Below, piece by piece: positions 21,523 through 32,662 of a stretch of DNA of 64,000 nucleotides. The notes beneath the pieces are model-generated. The model was given only the letters and a program-made list of their open reading frames with translations, ran no database searches and was not told where the DNA came from. The DNA lies in assembly GCA_905182575.1 (NCBI GenBank), contig CAJJCA010000008.1, positions 1,174 to 65,173 on the forward strand. The letters run 5' to 3'. A program made the translations under genes and the position numbers. Source of the DNA: an uncultured Flavobacteriaceae bacterium. GTDB lineage: Bacteria; Bacteroidota; Bacteroidia; Flavobacteriales; Flavobacteriaceae. Every line of letters begins with the position of its first letter. Position 1 is the stretch's first letter.

Positions 21523-23009
21523 ATGGCGAATAAAAAGTCAAGTATGGGGATCATTGCAAAACAATCATTTTATAACAGCATTAGTATTGCTTTTGCTTTT
21601 TTGATTGGCGCCTTAAATACGGTTTATTTATACCCAACCTACATGGGGAGTGAGTTTCAAGGACTCATCGTTGCTTTATTGGCCTTTTCTAATCTCGTAC
21701 AGCCCTTTATCTCATTTGGAGTCCAACATGCACTGATTAAATTTTACAGTGCCTGTGAGACCAAACAAGACCGTGATGCATTGCTCAACTTTTCAATGCT
21801 TTTACCCATATTTCTTTTTATTCTTCTGCTACCTTTTCTGTTTGTTTTTAAAGAAGACATTATTGACATTATTTCTTTAAAGAACTCTTACATTGGTCGG
21901 TATGCCTTTCTAATTATTGCCGTAGCTTTTTCTACTGCTTATTTTGAGGTTTTTTACAACTGGCTTCGAGTCCAACTAAAATCTGTTTTTGGGAATTTCT
22001 TAAAAGAATTTTATCCTCGGGCTTTGATTTTTGTATTGCTTTTAGCTTATGCACTTGATTTTATCGACCTAGACGGATTCGTATGGGCATTAATTGGTGG
22101 GTATTACTTAAGACTTTTGATTGTTATGGTTTATAGTTTTCGAGTTTATACTCCTAAATTTGAATTACGTTAAACTTCCAGAGGCATGGCTTTCTATGTT
22201 GAAGTATAGTAGTTTAATTTTTCTTTCTGGGGCTGCAGCAAGTTTTATTTTAGACATTGACAAATCAATGATTTACACTCTTACTTCAAATCGTTGCCTA
22301 TTATAGTGTAGCGGTTTTCATCGCCTCCGTTATAGAATTCCCAGGGAGGGCCATGTTTCAAATCATTAGTCCAATGGTTGCAAAAGCCTTGAATGAAAAT
22401 GACAAGGAACGCTTAACTTCCTTATTAAAAAAGAGCGCAAATAACTTGTTATTAGGCGCCGGATTATTGTTTCTGTTGATTAATCTAAATTTAGTAGACT
22501 TCTATCAATGGGTTAATCTAGAAGGGTATGACAAAGCACTTGATGTTGTTTTTATTGTTTCTTTAGGTAAGCTTTTCACAATGTCAATGGGTTGTCTCAA
22601 CAACATCATTACCAATTCTAAGTACTATACTTATGTGTTTTGGTTTTCTATAGTTTCTGCAGTATTGGCAGTTGTTTTGAACCTCTATCTTATAAATGAG
22701 TTGGGTATAATTGGTGCGGCCTACGCTACTTTAATTGTAATCGCATTAATTAATGTTGCTAAAATTTTATTGATTCAATTTACTTTTAAAATCAATCCTT
22801 TTAGCAACAAGACTTTTATTGCCTTAGGAATAATTCTTCTTCTTTATATCTTAATTCCTCTTTTGCCATTAGACTTTTCACCATTTTTAAAATTGGTAAT
22901 TCGTTCTCTAGTGATTGTAATTGCATTTTTAATCTTGTTGACATTTATTAAACTCACGGGGGATCTTCAAAATGTAATAAACAAATTTAATTTTCTTAAA
23001 AAGAAATAA
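21523..23009 (+). pseudogene. Polysaccharide/oligosaccharide flippase (MOP/Wzx-like), 2 frame breaks
   Basis: ORFs 21523-22173, 22121-22306 and 22353-23009 are colinear. Together they give a ~12-TM protein of flippase length and composition. Confidence 0.6.
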
Positions 23010-23014
23010 ACGTT

Positions 23015-25792
23015 TTAGACTTTAAGTTTTTTAGAGAGGTATTGCCCTGTAAATGATGCTTTTACTTTAATGATTTCCTCAGGAGTGCCCTCTGCAACCA
23101 CATTACCACCATCTTTTCCACCGCTTGGTCCGAGATCAATAATGTGGTCGGCACATTTGATGAGATCTAAATTGTGCTCAACAACAATTACTGTATGCCC
23201 TTGACGAATTAGCGCATTAAAAGAATTCATTAATTTACTGATGTCATGGAAGTGGAGACCTGTTGTAGGTTCATCAAAAATGAAAGCAATTTTTTCAGAA
23301 GACGATCCTCGTCCAATAAACGAAGCCAACTTAATTCTTTGCGCTTCTCCACCAGATAGAGTAGTAGAGGGTTGTCCCAAGGAAACATATCCCAGACCAA
23401 CTTCCTGAAGTGGTTTTAGTTTTTGCACCAATTTATTTTGAGCGAATTCCTCAAAAAATAATATCGCATCATCGACGGTCATGTTTAAAAGTTGATCAAT
23501 AGAGATATCATTAAACTTAACTTCTAAGATTTCTTTTTTAAATCTTTTCCCTTTGCATTGTTCGCATTGCAATACGACATCCGCCATAAATTGCATCTCA
23601 ATCGTAGTGTTTCCGTCTCCCTTGCATGTATCACACCTTCCCCCATCAACATTAAAAGAAAAGTGTTTTGGTAAATAGCCACGATTCTTAGAAAGATTTT
23701 GTTTGGAGAACAAACTTCTAATTTCGTCATAAGCTTTGAGGTAGGTAACAGGGTTTGATCTTGAAGACCTACCAATTGGATTTTGATCAACAAATTCAAC
23801 ACTGTGGATGCGATCTATACTTCCGCCAATGGCATTAAACTGACCCGGTTTGTCATTGTACCCCCCCTTTTCTCTTAATATTCCAAGAAATGCATTAACT
23901 AAAGTAGATTTTCCACTTCCCGAAACTCCGGTCACCACGGTTAGGCATCCCAATGGAAAATGCACATCAATATTTTTAAGATTATTTTCTCTTACTCCAG
24001 TTAAAGTGATTTTACTCTTGGATTTTCTTCTTTCAGAAGGAACGGGAATTGACATCTCGTTTCTCAGGTATTTTGCGGTCAGGCTATCCGATTTTAATAT
24101 GTCTTTTAATTTGCCCTCAGCGACGACTTCTCCACCATGAGAGCCTGCTTCTGGACCCATGTCGATGATGTTGTCACAAGCATACATTATTTCCTCATCA
24201 TGTTCAACGATAATAACAGTATTGCCTAGGTCTCTCAATTTTTTTAATACCAAAATCAACCTGTCATTATCCTTAGAGTGAAGTCCTATGGAAGGTTCAT
24301 CAAGAATGTACATAGATCCAACCAAGGAACTGCCTAAGGAAGTAGCTAAATTGATTCGCTGTGACTCCCCGCCAGATAGGGTATTTGCTTTTCGGTTTAA
24401 GTTTAAATATCCCAAACCAACATCTTGTATGAATTTAATTCTAGAAGTTATTTCTTTTAAAAGTCTTTCAGAAATTTCTGTATCGTAATTGTTTAATTGA
24501 ATTGAATTGAAAAACACTTCCAATTCATCCATAGACAAATCAAGTAATTCTGGGAGTCCTTTTCCGTCAATTTTAACATAGCCTGTTTCTAATTTTAGTC
24601 GAGAGCCATTGCATTGCGTGCATTTAGTTTGCCCTCGATATCTGGAAAGCAGGACACGGTTTTGGATTTTATAGTTTTTGGCTTCAATTTTAGCAAAAAA
24701 CTTGTTGATCCCTGTAAAGTAGGAGTTACCGTCCCAAAGGGTTTTGATGTCTTCTTTTGAAAGTTCAAAATAGGGTTTGTGAATTGGGAAATCAAATTTA
24801 TAAGCATTATTAATCAACGAATTATGAAACTTCCTCAGTCCAGCTCCCCTCCAAGGAGCAATGGCATCATCAAAAATTGAACGGCTGGTGTCTGGCACTA
24901 CAAGCTCCTCATCAATTCCTACAATATCTCCAAAACCTTCACATTTTTCACAAGCCCCAAAAGGATTATTAAAACTAAAAAAATGAACATTGGGTTGTGT
25001 GAAAGTGATTCCATCCAATTCAAAACGATTAGAAAAATTAATCGTTTTTTTGTTGCTCATGAAATAAAGCGAGCAAGTTCCATTGCCTTCGTAAAAAGCA
25101 ATTTCTATGGCGTCGGAAAGTCTTTGGTAAAAATCATCTTCGTGCCTAACGATCAATCGATCGACAATCAATTCAAAAGGTATGTTGGGAGCTTTTTCCA
25201 GTTCCTCAATACGAATCACTTCATTTTTATGAAAAATTCTAGCGAAACCCTGTTGCTTGAGAATGTTTAAACGGTCTTGAAAACTTCTCTTTTCGTCTTG
25301 AGCGATCGTTGCCATTAACAGGATTTTTTCTCCTTCAGCTATTTTCTTTACTGCATCTATGACATCTTTAACTGTGTCACTTTTAACTTGTTTATTCGAA
25401 ATGGGGGAGAAGGTGCGCCCCACTCGAGCGAATAATAGCTTTAGGTAGTCATAAATTTCTGTTTTTGTTCCAACCGTAGAGCGGGGGTTGGAGGAAGACA
25501 CTTTTTGTTCAACAGCAATTGCAGGAGCAATTCCTTTAATTTCATCAACTTTAGGCTTGTTTAATCTGCCCATAAATTGACGTGCATAGGATGACAAACT
25601 TTCTACATAACGCCTTTGCCCTTCTGCATAGAGCGTATCAAAAACCAATGATGACTTTCCAGAGCCTGACAAGCCTGTCACCACTGTCATCTTATTCCTA
25701 GGAATAAGCACGTTAACGTTTTTGAGATTGTGAAGATGCGCCCCCTTGATTATTATGTAATCTTTAGTATCAGCTTCAAGAAGGTTTTTCAT
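23015..25792 (-). CDS. uvrA: Excinuclease ABC subunit A
   Basis: The 925-aa intact ORF has two ABC ATPase modules ([28 protein letters not shown]; [10 protein letters not shown]; LSGGE.QR twice) and Zn-finger Cys clusters. Confidence 0.95.
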   Translation of the reverse strand: MKNLLEADTKDYIIIKGAHLHNLKNVNVLIPRNKMTVVTGLSGSGKSSLVFDTLYAEGQRRYVESLSSYARQFMGRLNKPKVDEIKGIAPAIAVEQKVSSSNPRSTVGTKTEIYDYLKLLFARVGRTFSPISNKQVKSDTVKDVIDAVKKIAEGEKILLMATIAQDEKRSFQDRLNILKQQGFARIFHKNEVIRIEELEKAPNIPFELIVDRLIVRHEDDFYQRLSDAIEIAFYEGNGTCSLYFMSNKKTINFSNRFELDGITFTQPNVHFFSFNNPFGACEKCEGFGDIVGIDEELVVPDTSRSIFDDAIAPWRGAGLRKFHNSLINNAYKFDFPIHKPYFELSKEDIKTLWDGNSYFTGINKFFAKIEAKNYKIQNRVLLSRYRGQTKCTQCNGSRLKLETGYVKIDGKGLPELLDLSMDELEVFFNSIQLNNYDTEISERLLKEITSRIKFIQDVGLGYLNLNRKANTLSGGESQRINLATSLGSSLVGSMYILDEPSIGLHSKDNDRLILVLKKLRDLGNTVIIVEHDEEIMYACDNIIDMGPEAGSHGGEVVAEGKLKDILKSDSLTAKYLRNEMSIPVPSERRKSKSKITLTGVRENNLKNIDVHFPLGCLTVVTGVSGSGKSTLVNAFLGILREKGGYNDKPGQFNAIGGSIDRIHSVEFVDQNPIGRSSRSNPVTYLKAYDEIRSLFSKQNLSKNRGYLPKHFSFNVDGGRCDTCKGDGNTTIEMQFMADVVLQCEQCKGKRFKKEILEVKFNDISIDQLLNMTVDDAILFFEEFAQNKLVQKLKPLQEVGLGYVSLGQPSTTLSGGEAQRIKLASFIGRGSSSEKIAFIFDEPTTGLHFHDISKLMNSFNALIRQGHTVIVVEHNLDLIKCADHIIDLGPSGGKDGGNVVAEGTPEEIIKVKASFTGQYLSKKLKV

Positions 25793-25992
25793 AGAAAGTA
25801 GTCAAGTTGCAAAATTACAACTAATCTTAATTTTTATGTAGACTAGGGTTTAAAATTTAGATGAATTTTATGAAAATCTAAGATTTAAAAAATATATTAT
25901 ATATTTGTTTGTATAAAATAAGCGTATAAAGCAAAATTACTTTTAAAATTAGCGTTAGTGTTTAACACAGTTCTACTGTAAAAGTAATTTAT

Positions 25993-26586
25993 ATGCATAC
26001 TACAAAGTCCCCTAAAATTTCAGATGCTCAGTTAATAAGTGATTATATTGCTGGCAATGAACCCTCCCTAGAAATCCTTATTTACAGACATAAATCAAGG
26101 ATTTATAATTTTATTTTCTCAAAAGTATTTGATCGTGATGTTGCGGAAGATGTTTTTCAAGAAACATTTATTAAAGTCATTAAAACCCTAAAAAGAGGAG
26201 TTTATAATGAAGAAGGTAAATTCGTTTCTTGGGTAATGCGAATTGCTCATAACTTGGTCATAGATCATTTTAGAAAATCAAATCGTATTCCTAAGTTTGA
26301 GTCTAGTGATGATTATGATGTTTTCCAATTTATCTCAGACGGAACACCAAATGCTGAGAAAGCGTTGATCAATGAACAAGTGGTAAGTGATCTTCAAAAT
26401 TTAGTTGCTGAGCTTCCCGAGGATCAGAAAGAAGTGCTGACAATGCGTTTGTATCGGGACATGAGCTTTAAAGAAATCGCTGAATCTACTGGGGTTAGCA
26501 TCAATACTGCTTTGGGTAGAATGCGCTATGCTGTGATCAATCTCCGAAAAATGATCGAAGAAAATCAGATCGCTTTAGCTTATTGA
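25993..26586 (+). CDS. ECF-type sigma-70 family RNA polymerase sigma factor
   Basis: Region 2 (DVAEDVFQETFIKV...WVMRIAHNLVIDHFR) and region 4 HTH (MSFKEIAESTGVSINTALGRMRYA) are recognisable. A TATATTTG -7-like box lies at 25900-25907. Confidence 0.85.
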   Translation: MHTTKSPKISDAQLISDYIAGNEPSLEILIYRHKSRIYNFIFSKVFDRDVAEDVFQETFIKVIKTLKRGVYNEEGKFVSWVMRIAHNLVIDHFRKSNRIPKFESSDDYDVFQFISDGTPNAEKALINEQVVSDLQNLVAELPEDQKEVLTMRLYRDMSFKEIAESTGVSINTALGRMRYAVINLRKMIEENQIALAY

Positions 26587-26630
26587 GATACTAAATTTTG
26601 TTTTTTTGCGTTATACATTTAAACCAATGT

Positions 26631-26768
26631 ATGCAGCAAAATTACTTTTTAAATTTATCGAAACAGTCAAACGAGCCAAGCCTTCAGGTTATTGAGCGTA
26701 TTTTAGCCTTTTCAAGATCTTATAATTCAAATAAGGTAATTCAAATCGGGTGTTATAGTAATTCTTAG
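26631..26768 (+). CDS. Possible 45-aa ORF downstream of the sigma factor
   Basis: The ATG-to-TAG ORF reads MQQNYFLNLSKQSNEPSLQVIERILAFSRSYNSNKVIQIGCYSNS. It is below the ORF-track cutoff and I recognise no domain. It could be chance. Confidence 0.15.
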   Translation: MQQNYFLNLSKQSNEPSLQVIERILAFSRSYNSNKVIQIGCYSNS

Positions 26769-27422
26769 TTATTTACCCTTAAAGAGCTTATTAATCACAG
26801 ACTTTCTTCCTATTATTTGGGTGATGTGGTCATTTTCAATATTCCACCCTCTTGCTGGACAATATTCCCTTCCGTACCATATGATTTGTAAATGCAAATC
26901 ATTCCATCTTTCCTCAGGAAACAATCGCTTGGCATCTCGCTCAGTTTGTACTACATTTTTACCATTTGTGAATCCCCAACGGTACATCAATCGATGTATG
27001 TGGGTATCAACTGGAAATGCTGGCACCCCAAATGCCTGAGACATCACAACACTTGCAGTTTTGTGCCCAACAGCGGGAAGCTCTTCGAGTGATTCAAAAC
27101 TTTGAGGAACTTTTCCTCCATGTTTATTAATTAAAATATGAGAAAGCCCGTGAATCCCTTTTGACTTCATTGGGGAGAGCCCAACAGGTTTTATGATTTC
27201 TCTTATTTCTTCCACACTCAGTTTAATCATTTCGTAGGGAGTATTTGCCTGTTTAAAAAGTAATGGTGTAATTTTATTTACCCGAACATCAGTGCTCTGA
27301 GCCGATAGTAAAACAGCTATTAAAAGCGTGTAAGGATCTGTGTGGTCTAAGGGAATTGGGATCTCTGGATACAATTGATCCAATTCATTCATGACAAAGG
27401 CAACCTTTTCTTTTCGAGTCAT
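26769..27422 (-). CDS. nth: Endonuclease III
   Basis: HhH-GPD motif (LPAVGHKTASVVM) and C-terminal Fe-S Cys region. The ORF is 217 aa and intact. Confidence 0.9.
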   Translation of the reverse strand: MTRKEKVAFVMNELDQLYPEIPIPLDHTDPYTLLIAVLLSAQSTDVRVNKITPLLFKQANTPYEMIKLSVEEIREIIKPVGLSPMKSKGIHGLSHILINKHGGKVPQSFESLEELPAVGHKTASVVMSQAFGVPAFPVDTHIHRLMYRWGFTNGKNVVQTERDAKRLFPEERWNDLHLQIIWYGREYCPARGWNIENDHITQIIGRKSVINKLFKGK

Positions 27423-27465
27423 CTAGATTTTTTGTTATTTAGAACTTTAATTAAAGATATATAAA

Positions 27466-27921
27466 ATGAATACATTACAAGTAGGGGATAAGGTCCCAAA
27501 TTTCACCACTAAAGATCATCTAGGAAATACGGTTAGTCTTCAAGACTATGACGGTAAAAAGTTGGTGGTATTCTTTTATCCAAAGGCAAGCACTCCGGGT
27601 TGTACACTTGAAGTTTGTGATCTAAGAGATCACTATCAAGAGCTTAAGGATAAAGGATATTCTTTACTTGGCGTTAGCGCTGACAATGAAAAAAGGCAGA
27701 AAAACTTCGCTGATAAATTTGAACTTCCATTTCCATTACTAGCGGATGAAGACAAGACTGTTATTGAAACTTTTGGAGTATGGGGGTCTAAAAAATTCCA
27801 AGGAAAAGAATATGAAGGAATTCACAGAATGACATTTATCATTAATGAAAAAGGATTTGTAGAACGACTTATCAGTAAGGTAAAAACCAAAGAGCACGCT
27901 GCACAAATACTGGAAGATTAA
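27466..27921 (+). CDS. bcp: Thioredoxin-dependent peroxiredoxin Bcp
   Basis: FFYPKASTPGCTLEVC peroxidatic-Cys motif. The ORF is 151 aa. Confidence 0.9.
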   Translation: MNTLQVGDKVPNFTTKDHLGNTVSLQDYDGKKLVVFFYPKASTPGCTLEVCDLRDHYQELKDKGYSLLGVSADNEKRQKNFADKFELPFPLLADEDKTVIETFGVWGSKKFQGKEYEGIHRMTFIINEKGFVERLISKVKTKEHAAQILED

Positions 27922-29372
27922 CTTTTTTCTTCAACTTCCTTCTGAGTCCAGCCAAACATATTATTCTGAATAATCATATCGGCGATACCTTCTGGCAATC
28001 CATCTTTCCAGGTATCGTCGTTACTTTTGATTTTAGCAAGTATTTCTCTTGAGAAAATTGACAGGTTGTCCTGATCAAAATCAAAAATATCAACCACTTT
28101 ACCATTGTACTTGAAAAACTTATAAAAGTCTTTCATTCTGGGGTGTAGTTTTAGGTTGTTTGAGTTGACAATCTCACCCGTTTCAAAATTCTTCATTGGA
28201 TAGAGGTATACTTTTAGGTTGTTATGGAACATTTTACCAAAGGCCTCGAGTATACCCCCACTGATATCTTCATAGTAGTGTTCATCAAAAACTTCAACAA
28301 AATTATTTACTCCCATGGTCAACGCCATTTGTTCCTTGGTGTATTCTGATAAATAGTCAACCAGACGGTAGTATTCTTTGAAGTTTGAAATCATTACGGA
28401 ATGTCCAAGAGAACACAACAGTTTGGCACGATCCATAAAATCTTTTTCATCAATTTCACCTTGCGCACTCAAGTTGGAAAGTGTTATTTCAAAAATAACT
28501 TCTGTCTTATTTTCATTGACTTTTGGTTCCTTAACAAAGATGTCATAAGATTTTTCGAACATGTCAATGTTAACCCGAGTAACAGGTCTAAAACTTCCCC
28601 TCAAAAGGAGAATGTTTTTCTTATAAAGAATTCGTGCAGGCAAGATATTATTGCCACTAGGGTCAAACATTACGGCATCTGTCATCTTGTTTTTAACCAG
28701 TTGTAAACTCATGATCCTATTGTCAATATCCTTGAAAACTGGTCCAGAGAAATTGATTGTATCGATTTCGATTGAGTCTAAATCAATATGATCGTATAAA
28801 TATTTGAGTAGTTTTTTTGGATTGTTGTGTTTGTAAAAAGCACCATAGACCAAATTGGCTCCCATTATCCCTAAGGCTTCCTGTTGGAGTCTGGCTTCTG
28901 TTTGGTGAAATCGAACATGAAGCATAATTTCACTGTAGGGTTCTTCCGGGGCAGTTTGAAATCTAATCCCCATCCATCCATGACCTTTAAACTTTTTCGC
29001 AAAATCAATCGTAGTAACGGTGTTTGCATAGGTGAAAAACATCTTATTCGGGTGATTTTTTTTTGGAATACGATCTTCAAGCAGCTTCATCTCATGATCA
29101 AGCATTTTTTTTAGCCGCGTTTCCGTCACATAGCGACCGTCTTCTTCTTCTCCATAAATGGTGTCACTAAAGTTTTTATCATAAGCACTAATGGTCTTGG
29201 CAATAGTTCCTGAAGCACCACCAACCCTAAAGAAGTGTCTTGCTACTTCTTGACCAGCTCCGATTTCTGCAAAGGTTCCGTAAATGTGGTGGTTAAGATT
29301 TATTTTTAAGGCTTTGGCCTCAATTGAAGGACGGTTTTCGAAATTCTGGTCTCCAGGTAACGTAACGGACAT
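27918..29372 (-). CDS. Conserved-looking cytoplasmic protein of unknown function (484 aa)
   Basis: A long intact ORF with no signal peptide or TM segment. It shows even codon usage and a Gly-rich string (FAEIGAGQEVARHFFRVGGASGT). I cannot assign a family by eye. Confidence 0.7.
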   Translation of the reverse strand: MSVTLPGDQNFENRPSIEAKALKINLNHHIYGTFAEIGAGQEVARHFFRVGGASGTIAKTISAYDKNFSDTIYGEEEDGRYVTETRLKKMLDHEMKLLEDRIPKKNHPNKMFFTYANTVTTIDFAKKFKGHGWMGIRFQTAPEEPYSEIMLHVRFHQTEARLQQEALGIMGANLVYGAFYKHNNPKKLLKYLYDHIDLDSIEIDTINFSGPVFKDIDNRIMSLQLVKNKMTDAVMFDPSGNNILPARILYKKNILLLRGSFRPVTRVNIDMFEKSYDIFVKEPKVNENKTEVIFEITLSNLSAQGEIDEKDFMDRAKLLCSLGHSVMISNFKEYYRLVDYLSEYTKEQMALTMGVNNFVEVFDEHYYEDISGGILEAFGKMFHNNLKVYLYPMKNFETGEIVNSNNLKLHPRMKDFYKFFKYNGKVVDIFDFDQDNLSIFSREILAKIKSNDDTWKDGLPEGIADMIIQNNMFGWTQKEVEEKS

Positions 29373-29444
29373 AAAATATAATTTGATTCTAAATTTACAA
29401 AGTTTGTTTTATATCTCACCAAATTTTTACCTTTGATTCTCCTT

Positions 29445-30214
29445 ATGATAAAAATCACTTTTCTTGGTACTGGCACATCACAAGGTATTCCTATGATTGG
29501 AAGCACTCACCCCGTTTGTTTAAGTGCAAACTCAAAGGATAAGAGGCTCAGAAGCTCTGTGTTAATTGAAACAGAAAACTTGTCTTTTACCATCGATTGT
29601 GGTCCAGATTTTAGACAGCAAATGCTCAAGGCACAATGCGAAAGACTAGATGGGGTAATCTTTACGCATGAACATGCAGATCACACGGCCGGAATAGACG
29701 ACATAAGACCTTATTTTTTCAGACAGGGTGATATTCCTGTTTTTGCCAGCGCCAGAGTCATAGAGAGTCTTAAAAAAAGATTTGGGTACATTTTTAATTC
29801 GGAAAACAAATACCCGGGAGCACCTTCAGTAAAGGTCAGTGAAATTGACAAAAGAAGTTCCTTTCAATTGGATGTTTTAAAAATAACTCCCGTTGAAGTG
29901 ATGCACAACCGTTTGTCTGTGTTGGGCTATCGCATTGGTAATTTTGCCTATTTGACTGATGTAAAGACAATTGCCTCAGAAGAAATGGAAAAACTGAATG
30001 ATTTAGACGTCTTGGTACTTAACTGCTAAGAATAGAATCCCATCCAACGCACTTAAACTTAGAAGAAGCACTAGAAATTATTGATGAACTTAAACCTAAA
30101 AAGACCTATTTTACACACATAAGCCACTATCTTGGGTTTCACGATGAGGTTGAGGCAAAATTACCTGACAATGTCTTTTTAGCTTATGATACTTTGCAAG
30201 TAACTTCAAATTAA
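29445..30214 (+). pseudogene. MBL-fold metallo-hydrolase (PhnP/GPDF-like), one frameshift
   Basis: HEHADH metal motif and LGTGTSQGIP are present. The ORF stops at 30027. Another frame continues LLRIESHPTHLNLEEALEIIDELKPKKTYFTHISH... to TAA 30212-30214. A 1-nt deletion near 30024 explains the break. Confidence 0.75.
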
Positions 30215-30219
30215 ATTTC

Positions 30220-30714
30220 ATGAAAAACAAGACTAATACTATATCTTTACAAATTTACCATTTGATATTAATTTTTCAATTGGTTAATTCTAAAAAAGTT
30301 TTCAATGACATGAACTCGAAAATTGTGACCTACAAGATGGAAAATATAATTTTAAAGGATTCTATTTCTCAATTGGGTACTCTTTTGGAAGACGAACGCT
30401 ATTTTAACTTGATGGGAAACGAAGATGCAATGCGCTACTTTAATAGTTTTGAGATTGATGATATTTCAGGATGGGTTAAAGATGAACTTTATGAAACGAA
30501 TCTTTTGAGAGAGAAAAATGATTTAATTCCCTACGAAGGAATGAATCGTACTTTTCTAATAAATAAGGTTAAAGTATTAAATCACAAATGGTTAATTGCT
30601 GATTTTTCAGACGGGACGCATTGGGGTGAGATTTTCTTAGGATATAAAATACTTCCAAACAACAAAGTGACTTTTGAGTTAAAAGAACATTTGCTTTATC
30701 CTATTTCAGATTAG
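30220..30714 (+). CDS. Hypothetical protein (164 aa)
   Basis: An intact ORF in which I recognise no domain. Its 3' end overlaps the convergent esterase gene by 14 nt. Confidence 0.4.
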   Translation: MKNKTNTISLQIYHLILIFQLVNSKKVFNDMNSKIVTYKMENIILKDSISQLGTLLEDERYFNLMGNEDAMRYFNSFEIDDISGWVKDELYETNLLREKNDLIPYEGMNRTFLINKVKVLNHKWLIADFSDGTHWGEIFLGYKILPNNKVTFELKEHLLYPISD

Positions 30715-31345
30715 TTTCCTCTAACCATTTTATAATATCTTGAAAGCTTTGGGCCGATACATTATGCCCATCAGGATAGGTGTTGAAAACTACCGATGGG
30801 TTTTTCGCTTGGAGCACTTCAATACTATCCTTCGCCCATGAATAGGGTACCGTAACATCCTCTGAACCGTGAGAGCCAAAGGCAAGTATGCCAGCATAAC
30901 TTGTTATGGGGTTTTTTAATATGTTTTTATTAATGTAACCGCTCATACAGATTGCTCTTCTGACTTTATCTGGATTGTCTAAGAGAATTGCCCAACTTAA
31001 AATGGCGCCCTGGCTGAATCCCATTAAAGAGATGTCATTAGAATCAAGGTTGTGTTTTTCAACAAGCTCCTCTAGCTGATCACTAACAGTCTTAATCGAG
31101 ACTTTGGCTTCTTCATCGTCCGACCACTTGTCCTGGGTCATGTTGTTGTGGATTGTATACCAAGCATAGCCACCCATTGGAGTATCTAGTGGGGCACGAA
31201 GAGAAATAATTGTGTGGTTTTGAGGCAAATAATCTGCAAAGGAAAATAGGTCATCATCGTTACTTCCATATCCATGAAGCAGTACAATTGCTGGAACAGG
31301 TGAAGCACCATTTTTTGCTTCTCTAATTTGGTATTCTAAAGTCAT
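30701..31345 (-). CDS. Alpha/beta-hydrolase, phospholipase/carboxylesterase family
   Basis: LLHGYGSN, nucleophile elbow GFSQG, a late HG.xD and a final His. Confidence 0.75.
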   Translation of the reverse strand: MTLEYQIREAKNGASPVPAIVLLHGYGSNDDDLFSFADYLPQNHTIISLRAPLDTPMGGYAWYTIHNNMTQDKWSDDEEAKVSIKTVSDQLEELVEKHNLDSNDISLMGFSQGAILSWAILLDNPDKVRRAICMSGYINKNILKNPITSYAGILAFGSHGSEDVTVPYSWAKDSIEVLQAKNPSVVFNTYPDGHNVSAQSFQDIIKWLEETNLK

Positions 31346-31346
31346 T

Positions 31347-32600
31347 TTATGTATTTAATGTAAGTACACCGTTGTTATAACTACCGATGACTTTCCCCGT
31401 TAATTGACTTCCAATGAACGCTGAATTCTTGGAAGTTGAGAGTATATTTTTTTCTTCAAACGTATGATTTGTGTCAGGATCGAAGAATGTTAAGTCAGCT
31501 TTTTCTCCAGTTTTAATCTTGGAAACTTTAACTCCAAAGCGCTCGCTACCTCTGGTCAAAAAACGAAGTACTTTTTCGAGAGGAAAGATCGTGCAAAGTG
31601 CCCCAAAACAGGATTCAAGCCCTGTGGTTCCGGCAAGAGCACGTTCAAACTCTAGCTTTTTAAATTCAATGTTCATTGGTTCATGCATGCTACTCACCAT
31701 GTCTATGGTTCCGTCTAGCAACCCTTCTCTTAGTGCTCTTTGATCTGATTTCGATCGAATGGGAGGGAAGACCTTAAAATTAGCATCAAAACTTTCTAAC
31801 TCCTTATCATCAAAAAATAAATTGGGTAATCCAACGCTACAACTCAGGTCTAAACCTTTCATTTTGGCTTGCCTTATTAAATCGACACCGCTTTCAGAGC
31901 TCACAAAAGGAATGTGTAATTTTCCACCAGTATATTCCAATATTTGAATGTCTCTTGATATTTGGAGCGATTCTGCCAAGCAAGGAATTCCTTTTAATCC
32001 AATCTTAGTGCTTGTAGCTCCTTCATGCATCATTCCTTGGGCAGAAAGTTCATTGTTCATGGGGTGAGAAAGAACTAAACCCTTAAAACTCTGTGCATAC
32101 TGCAACGTTATTTTCAAAAGGTTCCCACTCGCAATTGATTTTTTATGATCTCCAAAAGCAACAGCTCCAGCCATGTGCATGTCATACAAAGATGCCATTT
32201 GATTTCCTTCGGCACCCATTGTCATTGTTCCCATTGGGAAAAGCGAAGTTGTACTTCCAACTGCTGTTTTTAATAGGTGATTTACGCTGGAATGAGAGTC
32301 AACCGCTGGGAGTGTGTCAGGATTGAGAACCACTTTGGTAAACCCACTTTTTGCAGCAACATTTAATCCGTTATCAATTGTTTCTCGTTCTTCAAAACCG
32401 GGTTCACCAAAGGAAACCCCTGGATCAAACCAGCCCGGAGAAACGTGTAAGTTTTTATTTTTAATGGTTTTGGCATCGTCCTCTTCAATGTCAGGAGCAA
32501 TGGCAACAATCTTGTTTTCTGAAATTAAAACATCTTGAATAGTGCAATGAAACGGACTCGAAGGGTCAAGTAGGGTGGCGTTTTTAAGAAGTATCTTCAT
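31347..32600 (-). CDS. Dihydroorotase-like amidohydrolase lacking the HxH metal motif
   Basis: The amidohydrolase fold is alignable to type I DHOase, but the D-x-H-x-H-x-R-E-P-G position reads DPGVSFGEPG (32397-32426). The likely start is MKILLKN (32600), not the ORF-track start. Confidence 0.7.
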   Translation of the reverse strand: MKILLKNATLLDPSSPFHCTIQDVLISENKIVAIAPDIEEDDAKTIKNKNLHVSPGWFDPGVSFGEPGFEERETIDNGLNVAAKSGFTKVVLNPDTLPAVDSHSSVNHLLKTAVGSTTSLFPMGTMTMGAEGNQMASLYDMHMAGAVAFGDHKKSIASGNLLKITLQYAQSFKGLVLSHPMNNELSAQGMMHEGATSTKIGLKGIPCLAESLQISRDIQILEYTGGKLHIPFVSSESGVDLIRQAKMKGLDLSCSVGLPNLFFDDKELESFDANFKVFPPIRSKSDQRALREGLLDGTIDMVSSMHEPMNIEFKKLEFERALAGTTGLESCFGALCTIFPLEKVLRFLTRGSERFGVKVSKIKTGEKADLTFFDPDTNHTFEEKNILSTSKNSAFIGSQLTGKVIGSYNNGVLTLNT

Positions 32601-32662
32601 CAATGCAGCACGTGTTTTACAAAAATAGAAAAATAAAGACATCTAGGTCTTACTAATTTCAA

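Noticed and set aside
23524-25270. ORF-track entries inside and antisense to uvrA (23524-23802, 23850-24140, 24288-24488, 24595-24807, 24983-25270). Similar nested ORFs include 1787-2218, 8755-9024, 28401-28706, 31471-32538, 36462-36653, 43171-43535, 53563-53925, 60186-60527, 61264-61488, 61674-61916 and 62105-62416.
   Set aside because: They lie within strongly supported genes in other frames or on the other strand. They have low-complexity or Ser/Leu-rich composition and no recognisable motifs. They are typical shadow ORFs.
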